Below, piece by piece: positions 1 through 9,412 of a DNA stretch of 64,000 nt. Origin of the DNA: Treponema sp. UBA7570 (GTDB lineage: Bacteria; Spirochaetota; Spirochaetia; Treponematales; Treponemataceae); NCBI RefSeq assembly GCF_002477955.1, contig NZ_DLLE01000052.1. One strand, 5' to 3'. Numbering within the stretch: the stretch's first letter is position 1; each line of letters starts with the position of its first letter. Position numbers and translations under genes: made by a program. Under the pieces are notes generated by a model, which had not been told where the DNA came from, made no database searches, and saw nothing but the letters and a program-made list of their open reading frames with translations.

Positions 1-482
1 ATAAAAACAAACTTTCTCTTTTGGAAAAAAATGCGGATGCATATATTCCTCTCGAAAAAGAAAGGTTCCTTGTTGCTTTCTACAATGAACAGGTTTGCAA
101 GGCTATGAACGAATATTTTAATTCAATTGGAAAAGAAAAACGCCTGTCTTTGCTCGAAAATAAACTTGAAAAGTGTAAATTTGCGTTAGAAAATAAAAAA
201 ATTACTGTCAGTTATTTTGGCGGTCTTGAAGAGGCAGATGCTAGAAAAGTTGTAGAAAAAGCATTTGCAAAAAATATTACAGGATATGAAGCAATTCAGT
301 TTGAAAAAAGTGGAGAAGAATCTGTAAAAGGAAATGAAATCCACGAAGGAATGATTCTTAAAAGCGATGAAAAAAATTCCGTGATTGTTCGTCTTACAAT
401 AGATGAGCTTGTGCGCGAATTAAAAGATAAATATTCATACGAACTCTCATCAACATTGTTCGGAGGAAGGCTCCCGGAATGA
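1..482 (+). CDS. V/A-type ATP synthase subunit E (5'-truncated by window edge)
   Basis: Frame is open from the window edge. Its stop overlaps the subunit A start. The C-terminus ([22 protein letters not shown]) resembles the subunit E C-terminal domain. Call relies largely on synteny. Confidence 0.7.
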   Translation, partial: KNKLSLLEKNADAYIPLEKERFLVAFYNEQVCKAMNEYFNSIGKEKRLSLLENKLEKCKFALENKKITVSYFGGLEEADARKVVEKAFAKNITGYEAIQFEKSGEESVKGNEIHEGMILKSDEKNSVIVRLTIDELVRELKDKYSYELSSTLFGGRLPE

Positions 483-2242
483 TAAAAGGAAAAATAACTA
501 GAATTTCAGGACCGATTGTTTATGCTGAAGGCCTTGAAGGTTGCGGTCTTTATGATGTTGTTGATGTTGGCGAAAAGAAAATAATCGGCGAAATCATTCG
601 TCAGAATAAAGGCATTGCCACAATTCAGGTTTACGAAGACGATACTGGAATGAAGATTGGAGAAGATGTTGTTTCTAACGAACGGCCTCTTTCCTTAAAA
701 CTTGGTCCTGGACTTGTCGGAACAATTTATGATGGAATTCAGCGTCCTCTCGAAGCTATGTACAAAGAATCTGGAGCATTTTTGATTCCAGGACAGAGAA
801 GCGAGCCGATTGACGCAAATAAAATTTGGCATTTTGATGCCTGCGAATGTGTAAAAGAAGGAACTCCGATAAAACCTGGTTTTGTGCTTGGAACTGTACA
901 AGAAACTCAGTCGATTTTACATAAAATTATGGTTCCACCGCAGGTTCGCGGACGTGTTCTTGTTTCTTTTAAGGGAAGCGGAGATTATACTGTCGACGAC
1001 GTTATTGCTAAAACTGAACTCGATGAAGAAATTCGTTTGAGCCATTACTGGTCTTTAAGAACTCCTCGTCCTTTTGCAAAAAAATTGACTGTAAGCCAGC
1101 CTTTGGTTACAGGCCAGCGCGTAATTGATGTTTTCTTTCCGCTTTCAAAAGGAGGCACAGCTGCAATTCCTGGTGGATTTGGTACAGGAAAAACAATGAC
1201 GCAGCACGCAATCGCAAAATGGTGCGATGCGGATTTAATCGTTTATATCGGTTGTGGAGAGCGCGGAAACGAAATGACCGACGTTCTTACAGAATTTCCT
1301 AGCTTGATCGACCCTAGAACCGGCCGCTCGCTTATGGAAAGAACGATTCTTATTGCAAATACTTCAAATATGCCGGTTGCTGCCAGGGAAGTTTCTCTTT
1401 ATGCGGGAATTACTCTTGCCGAGTATTACCGCGACATGGGAATGCACGTTGCAATAATGGCAGATTCAACTTCGCGCTGGGCAGAAGCCTTGCGTGAACT
1501 TTCTGGCCGTATGGAAGAAATGCCTGCTGAGGAAGGTTTTCCTGCTTATCTTCCGAGCCGGCTTGCTTCGTTTTATGAACGGGCTGGCCGCGTAGATGCC
1601 CTTTGCGGACAGGAAGGTTCTGTTTCTGTAATCGGCGCAGTTTCGCCTCCAGGAGGAGATTTTTCTGAGCCTGTAACACAGCACACAAAGCGTTTTATCC
1701 GCTGTTTCTGGGCTTTGGACAGAGAACTTGCAAATTCCCGGCACTATCCTGCGATTGGCTGGATTGATTCTTATTCTGAATATGCTGACGAAGTAAAAGA
1801 ATGGTGGGATAATCTTGATCCGCGCTGGGCAAAGGTTAGGCTTGAAGCGCTTGAACTTCTTAAAAAAGAGCAAAAACTTCAATCTATTGTTCGTTTGATT
1901 GGACCAGATGCCTTGCCTGACTATGAGCGCATTGTTCTTATCGTTGCGGACATGATTAAAAACGGATTTTTGCAGCAGAATGCTTTTGACGCGATTGACG
2001 TTTATTCTGTTCCTGAAAAGCAGATTCAGATTTTGCTTTTGATGATGGAATTTTACAACCGTGGCGCAGCCGTAATAAAAGCCGGTGCTCCGCTGTCTAA
2101 GGTGAACGCTCTTCCTGTTAAGGAAGAAATTGTCCGCCTGAAGACAACTGTTCCAAACGATAAGCTCGAAATGATAAAAGAAACGGAAAGCCGTTTTGAA
2201 CAGCAGATGGGCGGACTTGAACGGATGTACTCAAAAGTTTAA
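479..2242 (+). CDS. atpA: V/A-type ATP synthase subunit A
   Basis: Walker A GGFGTGKT plus [33 protein letters not shown] and [10 protein letters not shown]. Confidence 0.97.
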   Translation: MIKGKITRISGPIVYAEGLEGCGLYDVVDVGEKKIIGEIIRQNKGIATIQVYEDDTGMKIGEDVVSNERPLSLKLGPGLVGTIYDGIQRPLEAMYKESGAFLIPGQRSEPIDANKIWHFDACECVKEGTPIKPGFVLGTVQETQSILHKIMVPPQVRGRVLVSFKGSGDYTVDDVIAKTELDEEIRLSHYWSLRTPRPFAKKLTVSQPLVTGQRVIDVFFPLSKGGTAAIPGGFGTGKTMTQHAIAKWCDADLIVYIGCGERGNEMTDVLTEFPSLIDPRTGRSLMERTILIANTSNMPVAAREVSLYAGITLAEYYRDMGMHVAIMADSTSRWAEALRELSGRMEEMPAEEGFPAYLPSRLASFYERAGRVDALCGQEGSVSVIGAVSPPGGDFSEPVTQHTKRFIRCFWALDRELANSRHYPAIGWIDSYSEYADEVKEWWDNLDPRWAKVRLEALELLKKEQKLQSIVRLIGPDALPDYERIVLIVADMIKNGFLQQNAFDAIDVYSVPEKQIQILLLMMEFYNRGAAVIKAGAPLSKVNALPVKEEIVRLKTTVPNDKLEMIKETESRFEQQMGGLERMYSKV

Positions 2243-2253
2243 GGACGACTTCC

Positions 2254-2333
2254 AGGGGTGTTGCGGGGAAGTTCCCCGCAGAGTGGGGTGTGTGAGCAAC
2301 GAAGTGCGAACCTAGGGGAGAGACTTCTCCCCT
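2254..2333. repeat. GC-rich double-hairpin intergenic element between V-ATPase A and B
   Basis: Hairpins TGCGGGGA-AGT-TCCCCGCA (2262-2280) and AGGGGAGA-GACT-TCTCCCCT (2314-2333) in an AT-rich background. Confidence 0.6.
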
Positions 2334-2376
2334 CAAAATTGAAAAACTTTGGTTGCTTTTAAAATTTGGAGAAAAA

Positions 2377-3759
2377 ATGAAAGGCGTAGAATATAAAGGT
2401 CTGAATTCGGTTGACGGTCCGATTGTTGTTGTAAAACGCAGCGAAAATATTTTTTATAACGAAATCGTTTATATTCGTGACCGCAATGGCGACAAAAAAA
2501 CTGGCCGTGTAATTGATTTGAACGAAGATACTGCAATTGTACAGATTTTCGGAACAACGACTGGTTTGGATTTGAACGAAACTTCGGTTGAATTTTTGGA
2601 CGAACCGATGGAACTTCGTGTTGGCGAAGGGCTTTTGGGACGTATTTTTAATGGTCTTGGAGAGCCGATTGACGGACTTCCGCCGATTGTTTCTTCTGAA
2701 AAAGTTGATGTAAACGGAATGCCGATGAATCCGTTTGCTCGCGTTTATCCAAGGGATTTTATTCAGACAGGAATTTCTTCGATTGACGGCATGAACACTT
2801 TGATTCGCGGTCAGAAACTTCCGATTTTTTCTGGAAATGGACTTCCTCATAACAGGCTTGCGGCTCAGATTATTCGTCAGGCAAAAATCCGCAATTCTGA
2901 CGAGCAGTTTGTAATGGTCTTTGCGGGAATGGGAATTAAATACGATCAGGCGCAGTTCTTTATAAATTCGTTTGAGGAAAGCGGTGTTCTTTCAAAGGTT
3001 GTTATGTTCCAGTCTTTGGCAGACGCTCCTTCGATTGAACGAATTATTACGCCTCGATGTGCTCTTACTGCTGCCGAATATCTGGCATTTAAAAAGGGAA
3101 TGCATGTTCTTGTCGTAATGACTGATATGACGAACTACTGCGAAGCTTTGCGCGAAATTTCTACAACTCGCGGTGAAGTTCCTGGAAGAAAAGGTTATCC
3201 TGGCTATCTTTATTCTGACCTTGCAGAACTTTATGAACGTGCCGGAAAAATAAAGGGTTCAAACGGTTCTATTACCCAGATTCCGATTTTGACTATGCCG
3301 AACGATGACATTTCGCATCCAATTCCTGACTTGACCGGATACATTACTGAGGGGCAGATTGTTTTGAGCCGTGAATTGAGTCAGAGCGGTGTTTATCCGC
3401 CAGTCAGCGCCTTGCCAAGTTTGAGCCGGCTTATGAAAGACGGTATTGGCGACGGAATGACACGGGAAGACCATGCTAGTGTTTCGAGCCAGCTGTTTGC
3501 ATCTTATTCAAAAGTAAAGTCAATCCGTTCTCTTGCAGCGATTATTGGCGAAGAGGAATTGAGCAGCGTTGACAAGCAGTATTTGGCGTTTGGAGATGCG
3601 ATTGAAAGCCAGTTCTTCTCTCAGGGCGAATACGAAAACCGCTCTATTGAAGAAACTCTTGATTTGGGCTGGAAACTTTTAAAATTGCTTCCACAGAACG
3701 AACTTTATAGAATTAAACCGGAATTTATTGAAAAATATCTTCCAAAAGATGAAGAGTAG
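2377..3759 (+). CDS. atpB: V/A-type ATP synthase subunit B
   Basis: [48 protein letters not shown] at 2377 after a GGAG RBS. Confidence 0.97.
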   Translation: MKGVEYKGLNSVDGPIVVVKRSENIFYNEIVYIRDRNGDKKTGRVIDLNEDTAIVQIFGTTTGLDLNETSVEFLDEPMELRVGEGLLGRIFNGLGEPIDGLPPIVSSEKVDVNGMPMNPFARVYPRDFIQTGISSIDGMNTLIRGQKLPIFSGNGLPHNRLAAQIIRQAKIRNSDEQFVMVFAGMGIKYDQAQFFINSFEESGVLSKVVMFQSLADAPSIERIITPRCALTAAEYLAFKKGMHVLVVMTDMTNYCEALREISTTRGEVPGRKGYPGYLYSDLAELYERAGKIKGSNGSITQIPILTMPNDDISHPIPDLTGYITEGQIVLSRELSQSGVYPPVSALPSLSRLMKDGIGDGMTREDHASVSSQLFASYSKVKSIRSLAAIIGEEELSSVDKQYLAFGDAIESQFFSQGEYENRSIEETLDLGWKLLKLLPQNELYRIKPEFIEKYLPKDEE

Positions 3760-3764
3760 AACTG

Positions 3765-4382
3765 ATGGCAAAGTTAAATGTCGCACCGACAAAATCTAAT
3801 CTTCTCGCAATAAAAGAGCAGCTAGCTTCCGCTCAAAACGGTTATGAGCTGCTCGAGCAAAAGCGTGAAATTCTGGTAATGGAACTTATGCACATGGTTG
3901 AACGCGTAAAACTTCTTGAATCGCAAATTGATAAAGAGTATGCAAAAGCTTATCCTGCATTAAAGAATATGCTTAAGACAGTAGGCGGCGACCGTGTAGA
4001 GCGGATTGCCCACGCTGTAAAGTATGATTTTAAAATGAAGGACAAGACAATTACTGCTGGTGGAATGAGCTTTAATTCGATTGAAGTTGAGCTTCCAAAG
4101 CAGCAGTTATTCTATTCTTTTATGGAATCATTTGCAGACAGCGATAAAGTTATGGTAGAATTCTTTAACTTGTTAAAGTTGCTTACAAATATGGCGAGCA
4201 TTCGCACGGTCGCATGGCGGCTTGCAGGCGAAGTAAAGAAAACTCAGCGGCGTGTAAATGCCTTGGACAAGATGGTTATTCCTCAGACGAAGGATACAAA
4301 GATTTATATCGAAAGTGTTCTTGAAGAGCGTGAGCGCGAAAATACTTTCGTTTTAAAATCTTTGAAAAACAGGAAGTCATAA
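3765..4382 (+). CDS. atpD: V/A-type ATP synthase subunit D
   Basis: PTKSNL...LLEQKREIL and EVKKTQRRVNAL...LEERERE motifs. Confidence 0.95.
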   Translation: MAKLNVAPTKSNLLAIKEQLASAQNGYELLEQKREILVMELMHMVERVKLLESQIDKEYAKAYPALKNMLKTVGGDRVERIAHAVKYDFKMKDKTITAGGMSFNSIEVELPKQQLFYSFMESFADSDKVMVEFFNLLKLLTNMASIRTVAWRLAGEVKKTQRRVNALDKMVIPQTKDTKIYIESVLEERERENTFVLKSLKNRKS

Positions 4383-4885
4383 TGATAAAACCTTTATTTC
4401 AAAAAATTGTAGTTGCTATTAACGGTTCAGACCAGTCGCTTCATGCGGCTATGTATGCGATTCTCCTTGCAAAGCAGTATAAATGTTCTCTAAAAGCAGT
4501 TTATGTCGTTGATACTGCGGCTCTCAAATTCCTGAGCATGAGCAAATTCTTCCTTAAAACCGAAAGTCAAAAGTATGAAGAAAATCTTCTTGATGACGGA
4601 AAAAAATATCTTGAGCAAATTGTTACTTTTGCAAAAATCAAAGGTGTAAAAGTCGAAACTGAACTTAGAAAGGGAAGCCCATGGTCAGAAATTCTGCATG
4701 CAGCGGACGATTTTGATGCCGACCTTATTTTGCTTGGCGGAAAAGAACATTCGGCTTCATCGCTTTCGAGCGAAGTTGCACGCGACAGGGCAAGTTCAAC
4801 AAATATGGACATTATTGGCAGCGCAAGATGCAATGTTCTTGTTGTTCGCCAGAAAGATATTGAAAAACTTTTTAAAATCGGCTGA
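4382..4885 (+). CDS. Universal stress protein (UspA family)
   Basis: KIVVAINGSDQS...GSPWSEIL...ADLILLG...ARCNVLVVR. Confidence 0.9.
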   Translation: MIKPLFQKIVVAINGSDQSLHAAMYAILLAKQYKCSLKAVYVVDTAALKFLSMSKFFLKTESQKYEENLLDDGKKYLEQIVTFAKIKGVKVETELRKGSPWSEILHAADDFDADLILLGGKEHSASSLSSEVARDRASSTNMDIIGSARCNVLVVRQKDIEKLFKIG

Positions 4886-4896
4886 TAAAATTTGAT

Positions 4897-4921
4897 CCGG
4901 CTGTATTAGCCGGGGCTTTTT
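4897..4921 (+). terminator. Probable intrinsic terminator after usp
   Basis: CCGGCT-GTATT-AGCCGG followed by GGCTTTTT. Confidence 0.45.
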
Positions 4922-4956
4922 GCGAAAATACAATTTGTATTTAGACTGGAGAATTT

Positions 4957-5688
4957 ATGTTTTATTATGGTGGGTTAGATTTAACATACCTTGTTTTTGC
5001 TGTTCCAGCTCTGCTTTTGGGACTTTGGGCGCAATCTGCCGTAAAAATCCGTTTTTCAAAATACGACAAAATTCTGACAAAAAAAGGCATAACTGGAGCG
5101 CAGGCGGCTGCAATTTTGCTTAAGGCAAATGGAATTACAGACGTAAAGATTGCCCGTATAAAAGGTTCTCTTACCGATAATTATAATCCGACAGATAAAA
5201 TTTTGAGCTTGAGCGAGGCGACTTATTCGAGTGCGTCGGTTGCTGCCGTTGGAGTGGCTGCTCACGAAACCGGACACGCAATTCAGCATAATACCGGTTA
5301 TTTTCCTCTTGCTTTTAGGCGATTGCTTGTTCCTGTTGCAAATTTGGGGTCTGCGCTTGGTCCTGTTCTTGCGCTTGCTGGTCTTGGCTTCGGCTATTCT
5401 GCACAAGTTGAGTCTTATATGCCTTTTTTCCAAATGATTACGAATATCGGACTTTTGCTTTTTGCCTGCGCAACTCTTTTTTATATTGTTACTCTTCCTG
5501 TTGAGTTTAATGCTTCTTGGAGAGCACTGAAAATTTTAAAAGGTGCTGGAGTTTTTACTGACAAGGAAGAACTTTCTGGCGCACGCGAAGTTTTGTGGGC
5601 AGCGGCAATGACATACGTTGCAAGCGCGCTTGGAGCAATTGGAAATTTTGTAAGGCTTTTGCTTTTGACACAAAAACGCCGCCGTTAG
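4957..5688 (+). CDS. Putative neutral zinc metallopeptidase (YugP/Zn_peptidase_2 family), membrane
   Basis: AAHETGHAIQH (HExxH), TLPVEFNASWRA, AAAMTYVA. Confidence 0.9.
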   Translation: MFYYGGLDLTYLVFAVPALLLGLWAQSAVKIRFSKYDKILTKKGITGAQAAAILLKANGITDVKIARIKGSLTDNYNPTDKILSLSEATYSSASVAAVGVAAHETGHAIQHNTGYFPLAFRRLLVPVANLGSALGPVLALAGLGFGYSAQVESYMPFFQMITNIGLLLFACATLFYIVTLPVEFNASWRALKILKGAGVFTDKEELSGAREVLWAAAMTYVASALGAIGNFVRLLLLTQKRRR

Positions 5689-5702
5689 ACCTTTTCTTTA
5701 AG

Positions 5703-5765
5703 TTGACAATTCTTTGTTTTTTTGTAAAATGTAAACCATATTTTTAAATAAAGAGGTTTACATTT
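5703..5765 (+). promoter_or_regulatory. Sigma70 promoter of bioY overlapped by a BirA-type operator
   Basis: TTGACA(5703)-N16-TAAAAT(5725); palindrome AAATGTAAACC-N17-GGTTTACATTT (5727-5765). Confidence 0.75.
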
Positions 5766-5768
5766 AAA

Positions 5769-6368
5769 ATGAATAAATCAATTCTTCGTTCTGCAATTGT
5801 TGCTTTTTTTGCGGCAATTATCTGCGCTTCAAGTTTTTTTAGAATTCCAATTCCAGGAATTGCAAGTGGCATTGTAATTCAAAATGCGCTTTGTGTTATG
5901 ACCGCTGTTCTTTTGGGCGGACTTTTGGGCGCTGCTCCGACCGCGCTTTTTTTTGCAGTCGGTGTTATCGGCCTGCCTGTTTTTTCTGGCGGTCAAGGCG
6001 GTTTTCAGGTTTTGATGAATATTAACGGTGGCTTTCGCATCGGCTGGGTTATCGGAGCGCTTGTAGCTGGTATGATTTCTGGCCGTCCGTCAGTTATAGA
6101 AAAGCATATCACCGTAAAAGGCATAATCCGCCTTTCTTTGGCAGTTTTTATTGGCATGCTTGTTCTTTATCTTCCTGAAGTTTTCTATGTAATAGCTTTT
6201 AAAAACTCAGAACTTGGAGTTTTGGGTGCTGTAAAACTTTTTTTTGCGGCTTTTTTTGCTCCTTTTTTGGCGGTTGATTTTGTTAAAGCAATTTTTGTAA
6301 TCTTGATTTCGTTAAAACTTCGTCCGGTTGTTGCAATGTATCTTTACGAGCCGGAAAAAGATGAATAA
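5769..6368 (+). CDS. bioY: Biotin ECF transporter S component BioY
   Basis: Hydrophobic, with GLPVFSGGQGG...GGFRIGW and PFLAVDFVKA; BirA-like operator upstream. Confidence 0.9.
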   Translation: MNKSILRSAIVAFFAAIICASSFFRIPIPGIASGIVIQNALCVMTAVLLGGLLGAAPTALFFAVGVIGLPVFSGGQGGFQVLMNINGGFRIGWVIGALVAGMISGRPSVIEKHITVKGIIRLSLAVFIGMLVLYLPEVFYVIAFKNSELGVLGAVKLFFAAFFAPFLAVDFVKAIFVILISLKLRPVVAMYLYEPEKDE

Positions 6369-7083
6369 AATCGTAATCGACAGCATCACGAAAATTTACG
6401 CGACTTCTGAGGGCAATAAAACCGCCTTGAACAATGTTTCTTTTCAGATTGATGAAGGTTCGGTTACTGTGATTGGCGGAGAAAACGGCTCAGGAAAAAG
6501 TGTCCTTATGAACATTATCGCCGGGCTTGAAAAGCCGACTTCCGGAAAAATTTATTCTTTTGCAAAAGCTGGACTTGTTTTTCAGGAAGCGGATACTCAA
6601 ATTTTGGGCGAAACTCCGCGCGAAGATATTTCTTTTGGTCCAAAAAATCAAAAAAAATCAAAAATCCAGGTTGAGCAAGCTGTAGAAAATTCTCTTGAGC
6701 AGGTCGGCCTTACAAAAAAAGCAGATTATCCTGCAAGATTTTTGTCTGGTGGAGAAAAACGCCGGCTTGCTGTTGCCTGCATGCTTGCAATGGAGCTTCC
6801 GGTCATTATTTTTGACGAGCCCTATGCAAACCTCGATTATGGCGGTGTAAAGCAGGTAAATGCTCTTGTAAAACGTCTTCACGAACAGAAAAAAACAGTG
6901 ATTATTTTGACACACGAACTTGAAAAATGTCTTGGCTTAGCAGATAAGTTTGTGGTTTTGTTCCGAGGCGATAAAGTTTTTGATGGAACTGCGCGCGAAG
7001 GGCTTTTGCAAAAACTTGAGCAGTGGAATATACGCAACCCGCTCAACGCTTATTCAAAATTGGAAGATTTAGTCTGGCTGTAA
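6361..7083 (+). CDS. ECF transporter ATPase (BioM/CbiO-like)
   Basis: GENGSGKS, LVFQEAD, LSGGEKRR, FDEPYANLD. Confidence 0.9.
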   Translation: MNKIVIDSITKIYATSEGNKTALNNVSFQIDEGSVTVIGGENGSGKSVLMNIIAGLEKPTSGKIYSFAKAGLVFQEADTQILGETPREDISFGPKNQKKSKIQVEQAVENSLEQVGLTKKADYPARFLSGGEKRRLAVACMLAMELPVIIFDEPYANLDYGGVKQVNALVKRLHEQKKTVIILTHELEKCLGLADKFVVLFRGDKVFDGTAREGLLQKLEQWNIRNPLNAYSKLEDLVWL

Positions 7084-7087
7084 AAAA

Positions 7088-7768
7088 ATGAATCAGAATT
7101 GTTACGCGTTTAGTTACAAATCCGGAAAAAGTTTTTTTCACAAGCTGCCTTCCTGGATAAAAATACTTTTTATTCCTCTTTTTAACATTGCGATTTTTTC
7201 GTTGAGCTGGAAATTTGCCGTTTTTTTTGTATTTGCCCAAGCCCTGCTTTTTTTATGCCTTCATTTTTCTCTAAAAGAACAGGTTTTCGACTTAACGCCT
7301 GTCTTGTGGTACGGAATTTTTTTATATCTTATAAATATTCTTTCCAACACTTATTTGAATTTTGCCGAATATGGAATTATAAAAAGTTTTGTTCAGGCAG
7401 TCAAAAATTGCATTCATGACGAAAAAACATTTTCTGTCGTTGTAAAATTCTTTGCCTGCAATCAGAGCGCTTCTCTTATGTTCAAAACTTCAACTTCTCT
7501 TGAACTTCGCGAAGGAATTGAAAAAATTGAACTTTTTATCCGGCGTATTCTTCCATGCAAAAAAGAATCAAAATTTGCCGCAACAGTTTCTATGTTCATA
7601 AATTTTATTCCCGCAGTTTTTAAAATGTGGACTCAGTTAAAAAGGGCATGGTTTGCACGAGGCGGAAAATTAAGCTTAAAAATGTATTTTGCGCTTCTTC
7701 CGGTTCTTTTTAGCCTTGGATTAAAATATTCAATGGACACAGCAAAAGCAATTTTAATCCGCGGATAG
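7088..7768 (+). CDS. ECF transporter transmembrane T component (BioN/CbiQ-like)
   Basis: SFFHKLPSWIK N-terminus, transmembrane segments, ARG motif and terminal LIRG; follows the S and A components. Confidence 0.75.
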   Translation: MNQNCYAFSYKSGKSFFHKLPSWIKILFIPLFNIAIFSLSWKFAVFFVFAQALLFLCLHFSLKEQVFDLTPVLWYGIFLYLINILSNTYLNFAEYGIIKSFVQAVKNCIHDEKTFSVVVKFFACNQSASLMFKTSTSLELREGIEKIELFIRRILPCKKESKFAATVSMFINFIPAVFKMWTQLKRAWFARGGKLSLKMYFALLPVLFSLGLKYSMDTAKAILIRG

Positions 7769-7941
7769 AATTTTACCGGGCTAAACTCAAAAATTTATTT
7801 TTAGCAAAAATATTTGCGGCAATAAACGCAATTGAAGACATCGGTTATTTAAAAATAATTTTAGACAAATTAGCATCCTGATTTTTCGGACGTCATTTTT
7901 TTCTTGCAAAAACATTTTTTTTGTTTGGGAAAGTTTTTCTT

Positions 7942-8015
7942 AAAAACCGGCTGCTCCGGCTTCGCTTTTCGCTCACTGGCTAAACGCCAGTTTTGGCCTA
8001 TGCATCCGGCGTAAG
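7942..8015 (-). repeat. Intergenic repeat family A, copy 1
   Basis: Minus strand reads CTTACGCCGGATGC...ACTGGCGTTTAGCCAGT...AGCAGCCGGTTTTT; both ends are identical to 16398-16494. Confidence 0.8.
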
Positions 8016-8070
8016 TTTTTTTTGGTTCCCAAATTTTTCTAAAAAAATCACCCGTTGGATTTAAAATAAA

Positions 8071-8099
8071 AAAAACTCAGTACAATGTACTGAGTTTTT
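8071..8099 (-). terminator. Intrinsic terminator of tRNA-Asn (possibly bidirectional)
   Basis: AAAAACTCAGTAC-AAT-GTACTGAGTTTTT perfect hairpin immediately 3' of the tRNA. Confidence 0.85.
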
Positions 8100-8100
8100 A

Positions 8101-8173
8101 CGGCTCCTGCTGGGCTTGAACCAGCGACACACGGATTAACAGTCCGTTGCTCTACCGACTGAGCTAAGGAACC
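8101..8173 (-). tRNA. tRNA-Asn(GTT), CCA not encoded
   Basis: Minus strand GGTTCCTTAGCTCAGTCGGTAGAGCAACGGACTGTTAATCCGTGTGTCGCTGGTTCAAGCCCAGCAGGAGCCG folds as a cloverleaf with a GTT anticodon. Confidence 0.97.
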
Positions 8174-8199
8174 AGTTTCATTCACTTGAATGTGAATTT

Positions 8200-8228
8200 A
8201 TAATATAAAAATTATAAAAATGTGTCAA
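8200..8228 (-). promoter_or_regulatory. Sigma70 promoter of tRNA-Asn
   Basis: TTGACA-N17-TATTAT on the minus strand. Confidence 0.7.
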
Positions 8229-8267
8229 TATATAAAATGCAATTTTTTTTTATTTTTTTGTAAAAAG

Positions 8268-8753
8268 TTATTTAATAAGCGTCCAGACAAAAATCCAAAT
8301 AAAACTTATTACGCACAGCATTTTAATTCCTGTTCCGAGCAAAAATCCTATAAACGAGCCAATTGCGGCTTTTAATGCGTGTGGAATGTCTTCTGGATTT
8401 TGAATTAGTTCGCCGATAAATGCTCCTGCAAATGGTGCAATGATTATAAAAATCGGTCCTAAAAACATTGCAAGAAAAAGACCTATTGTCGCTCCCAAAA
8501 CAGCTTTTTTGCTTCCGCCAAATTTTTTTGTAAGAAGTGGCTGCAAAATCGAGTCGGCAATCGTTATAATTAAGGCGATAATTCCCGTAATCGTAAGAAC
8601 AGTTACAGAGATGTTAGGAGGCGTGCAAAAATGCGCTGTAAAAAGTCCTGCCCAGGCAAGAGGAACTCCAGACAAAATTGGAACTACGCATCCAGCAAGT
8701 CCTGTCAAAAGAAAAATTCCCGCAAGAATTGAAAGTAAAATGTTTAAGTCCAT
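8268..8753 (-). CDS. DUF456-like membrane protein
   Basis: GLAGCVVPILSG, TKKFGGSKKAVLGATIG and GAFIGEL patterns. Confidence 0.85.
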   Translation of the reverse strand: MDLNILLSILAGIFLLTGLAGCVVPILSGVPLAWAGLFTAHFCTPPNISVTVLTITGIIALIITIADSILQPLLTKKFGGSKKAVLGATIGLFLAMFLGPIFIIIAPFAGAFIGELIQNPEDIPHALKAAIGSFIGFLLGTGIKMLCVISFIWIFVWTLIK

Positions 8754-8800
8754 AATCTTATTTTATGATATAATCAGTCTGAAAACAATTGAGGAAAGTT

Positions 8801-9409
8801 ATGAACTATGAAAATGTTTATGAAGAAAAAAAACTTTTGCGTTCAAAAATGCGGAAGCTTTTAAAAGAAAGATATTCTGATTTAAAAAACATTCAGGCTG
8901 CTGGAAATTCCGCCGCTCAAAAAATCATTTTATCTGAAGAATTTAAAAATTCGGATTTAATTTTTTCTTATATTCCCTATGGATTTGAAATTGATCCCAG
9001 TTTTCTTGTCGAGATTGCCTGGAAAAACGGAAAAACTGTCTGTGTTCCTCGCGTTGTTTCGGATTCAAATTTGATGGATTTTTATTTTTTAGATTCAAAA
9101 CTTTCTCTTCAAAATCAGCTCGAAAGCGGAGCCTTTGGAATTTTAGAGCCAAAACTGACCTTAAGAAAAGTTTTTACGGATTCTTCTCTAAGAGACAAAA
9201 AAATTTTTATGGTGGTTCCTGGCCTTGCTTTTTCTAAAGACGGAGCTAGGCTAGGAAAGGGAAAAGGCTTTTACGACCTTTATCTTCCCCGGCTTTTAAA
9301 AACTGGTTGCTCGCTTTTTACCGCGGGGTTTGCTTATTGTGAGCAAATTGTCGAAAATATTCCTGTCGAAAAGACTGACTTTTTTTTGGACAGAATTTTT
9401 ACGCCTTGA
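8801..9409 (+). CDS. 5-formyltetrahydrofolate cyclo-ligase
   Basis: GAFGILEP, VVPGLAFSKDGARLGKGKGFYD; ATG at 8801 after GAGGA. Confidence 0.93.
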   Translation: MNYENVYEEKKLLRSKMRKLLKERYSDLKNIQAAGNSAAQKIILSEEFKNSDLIFSYIPYGFEIDPSFLVEIAWKNGKTVCVPRVVSDSNLMDFYFLDSKLSLQNQLESGAFGILEPKLTLRKVFTDSSLRDKKIFMVVPGLAFSKDGARLGKGKGFYDLYLPRLLKTGCSLFTAGFAYCEQIVENIPVEKTDFFLDRIFTP

Positions 9410-9412
9410 AAA

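Noticed and set aside
7769..8173. tRNA-Asn as an island integration site
   Set aside because: I found no duplicated tRNA 3' end and no integrase nearby; the tRNA is followed directly by its terminator.
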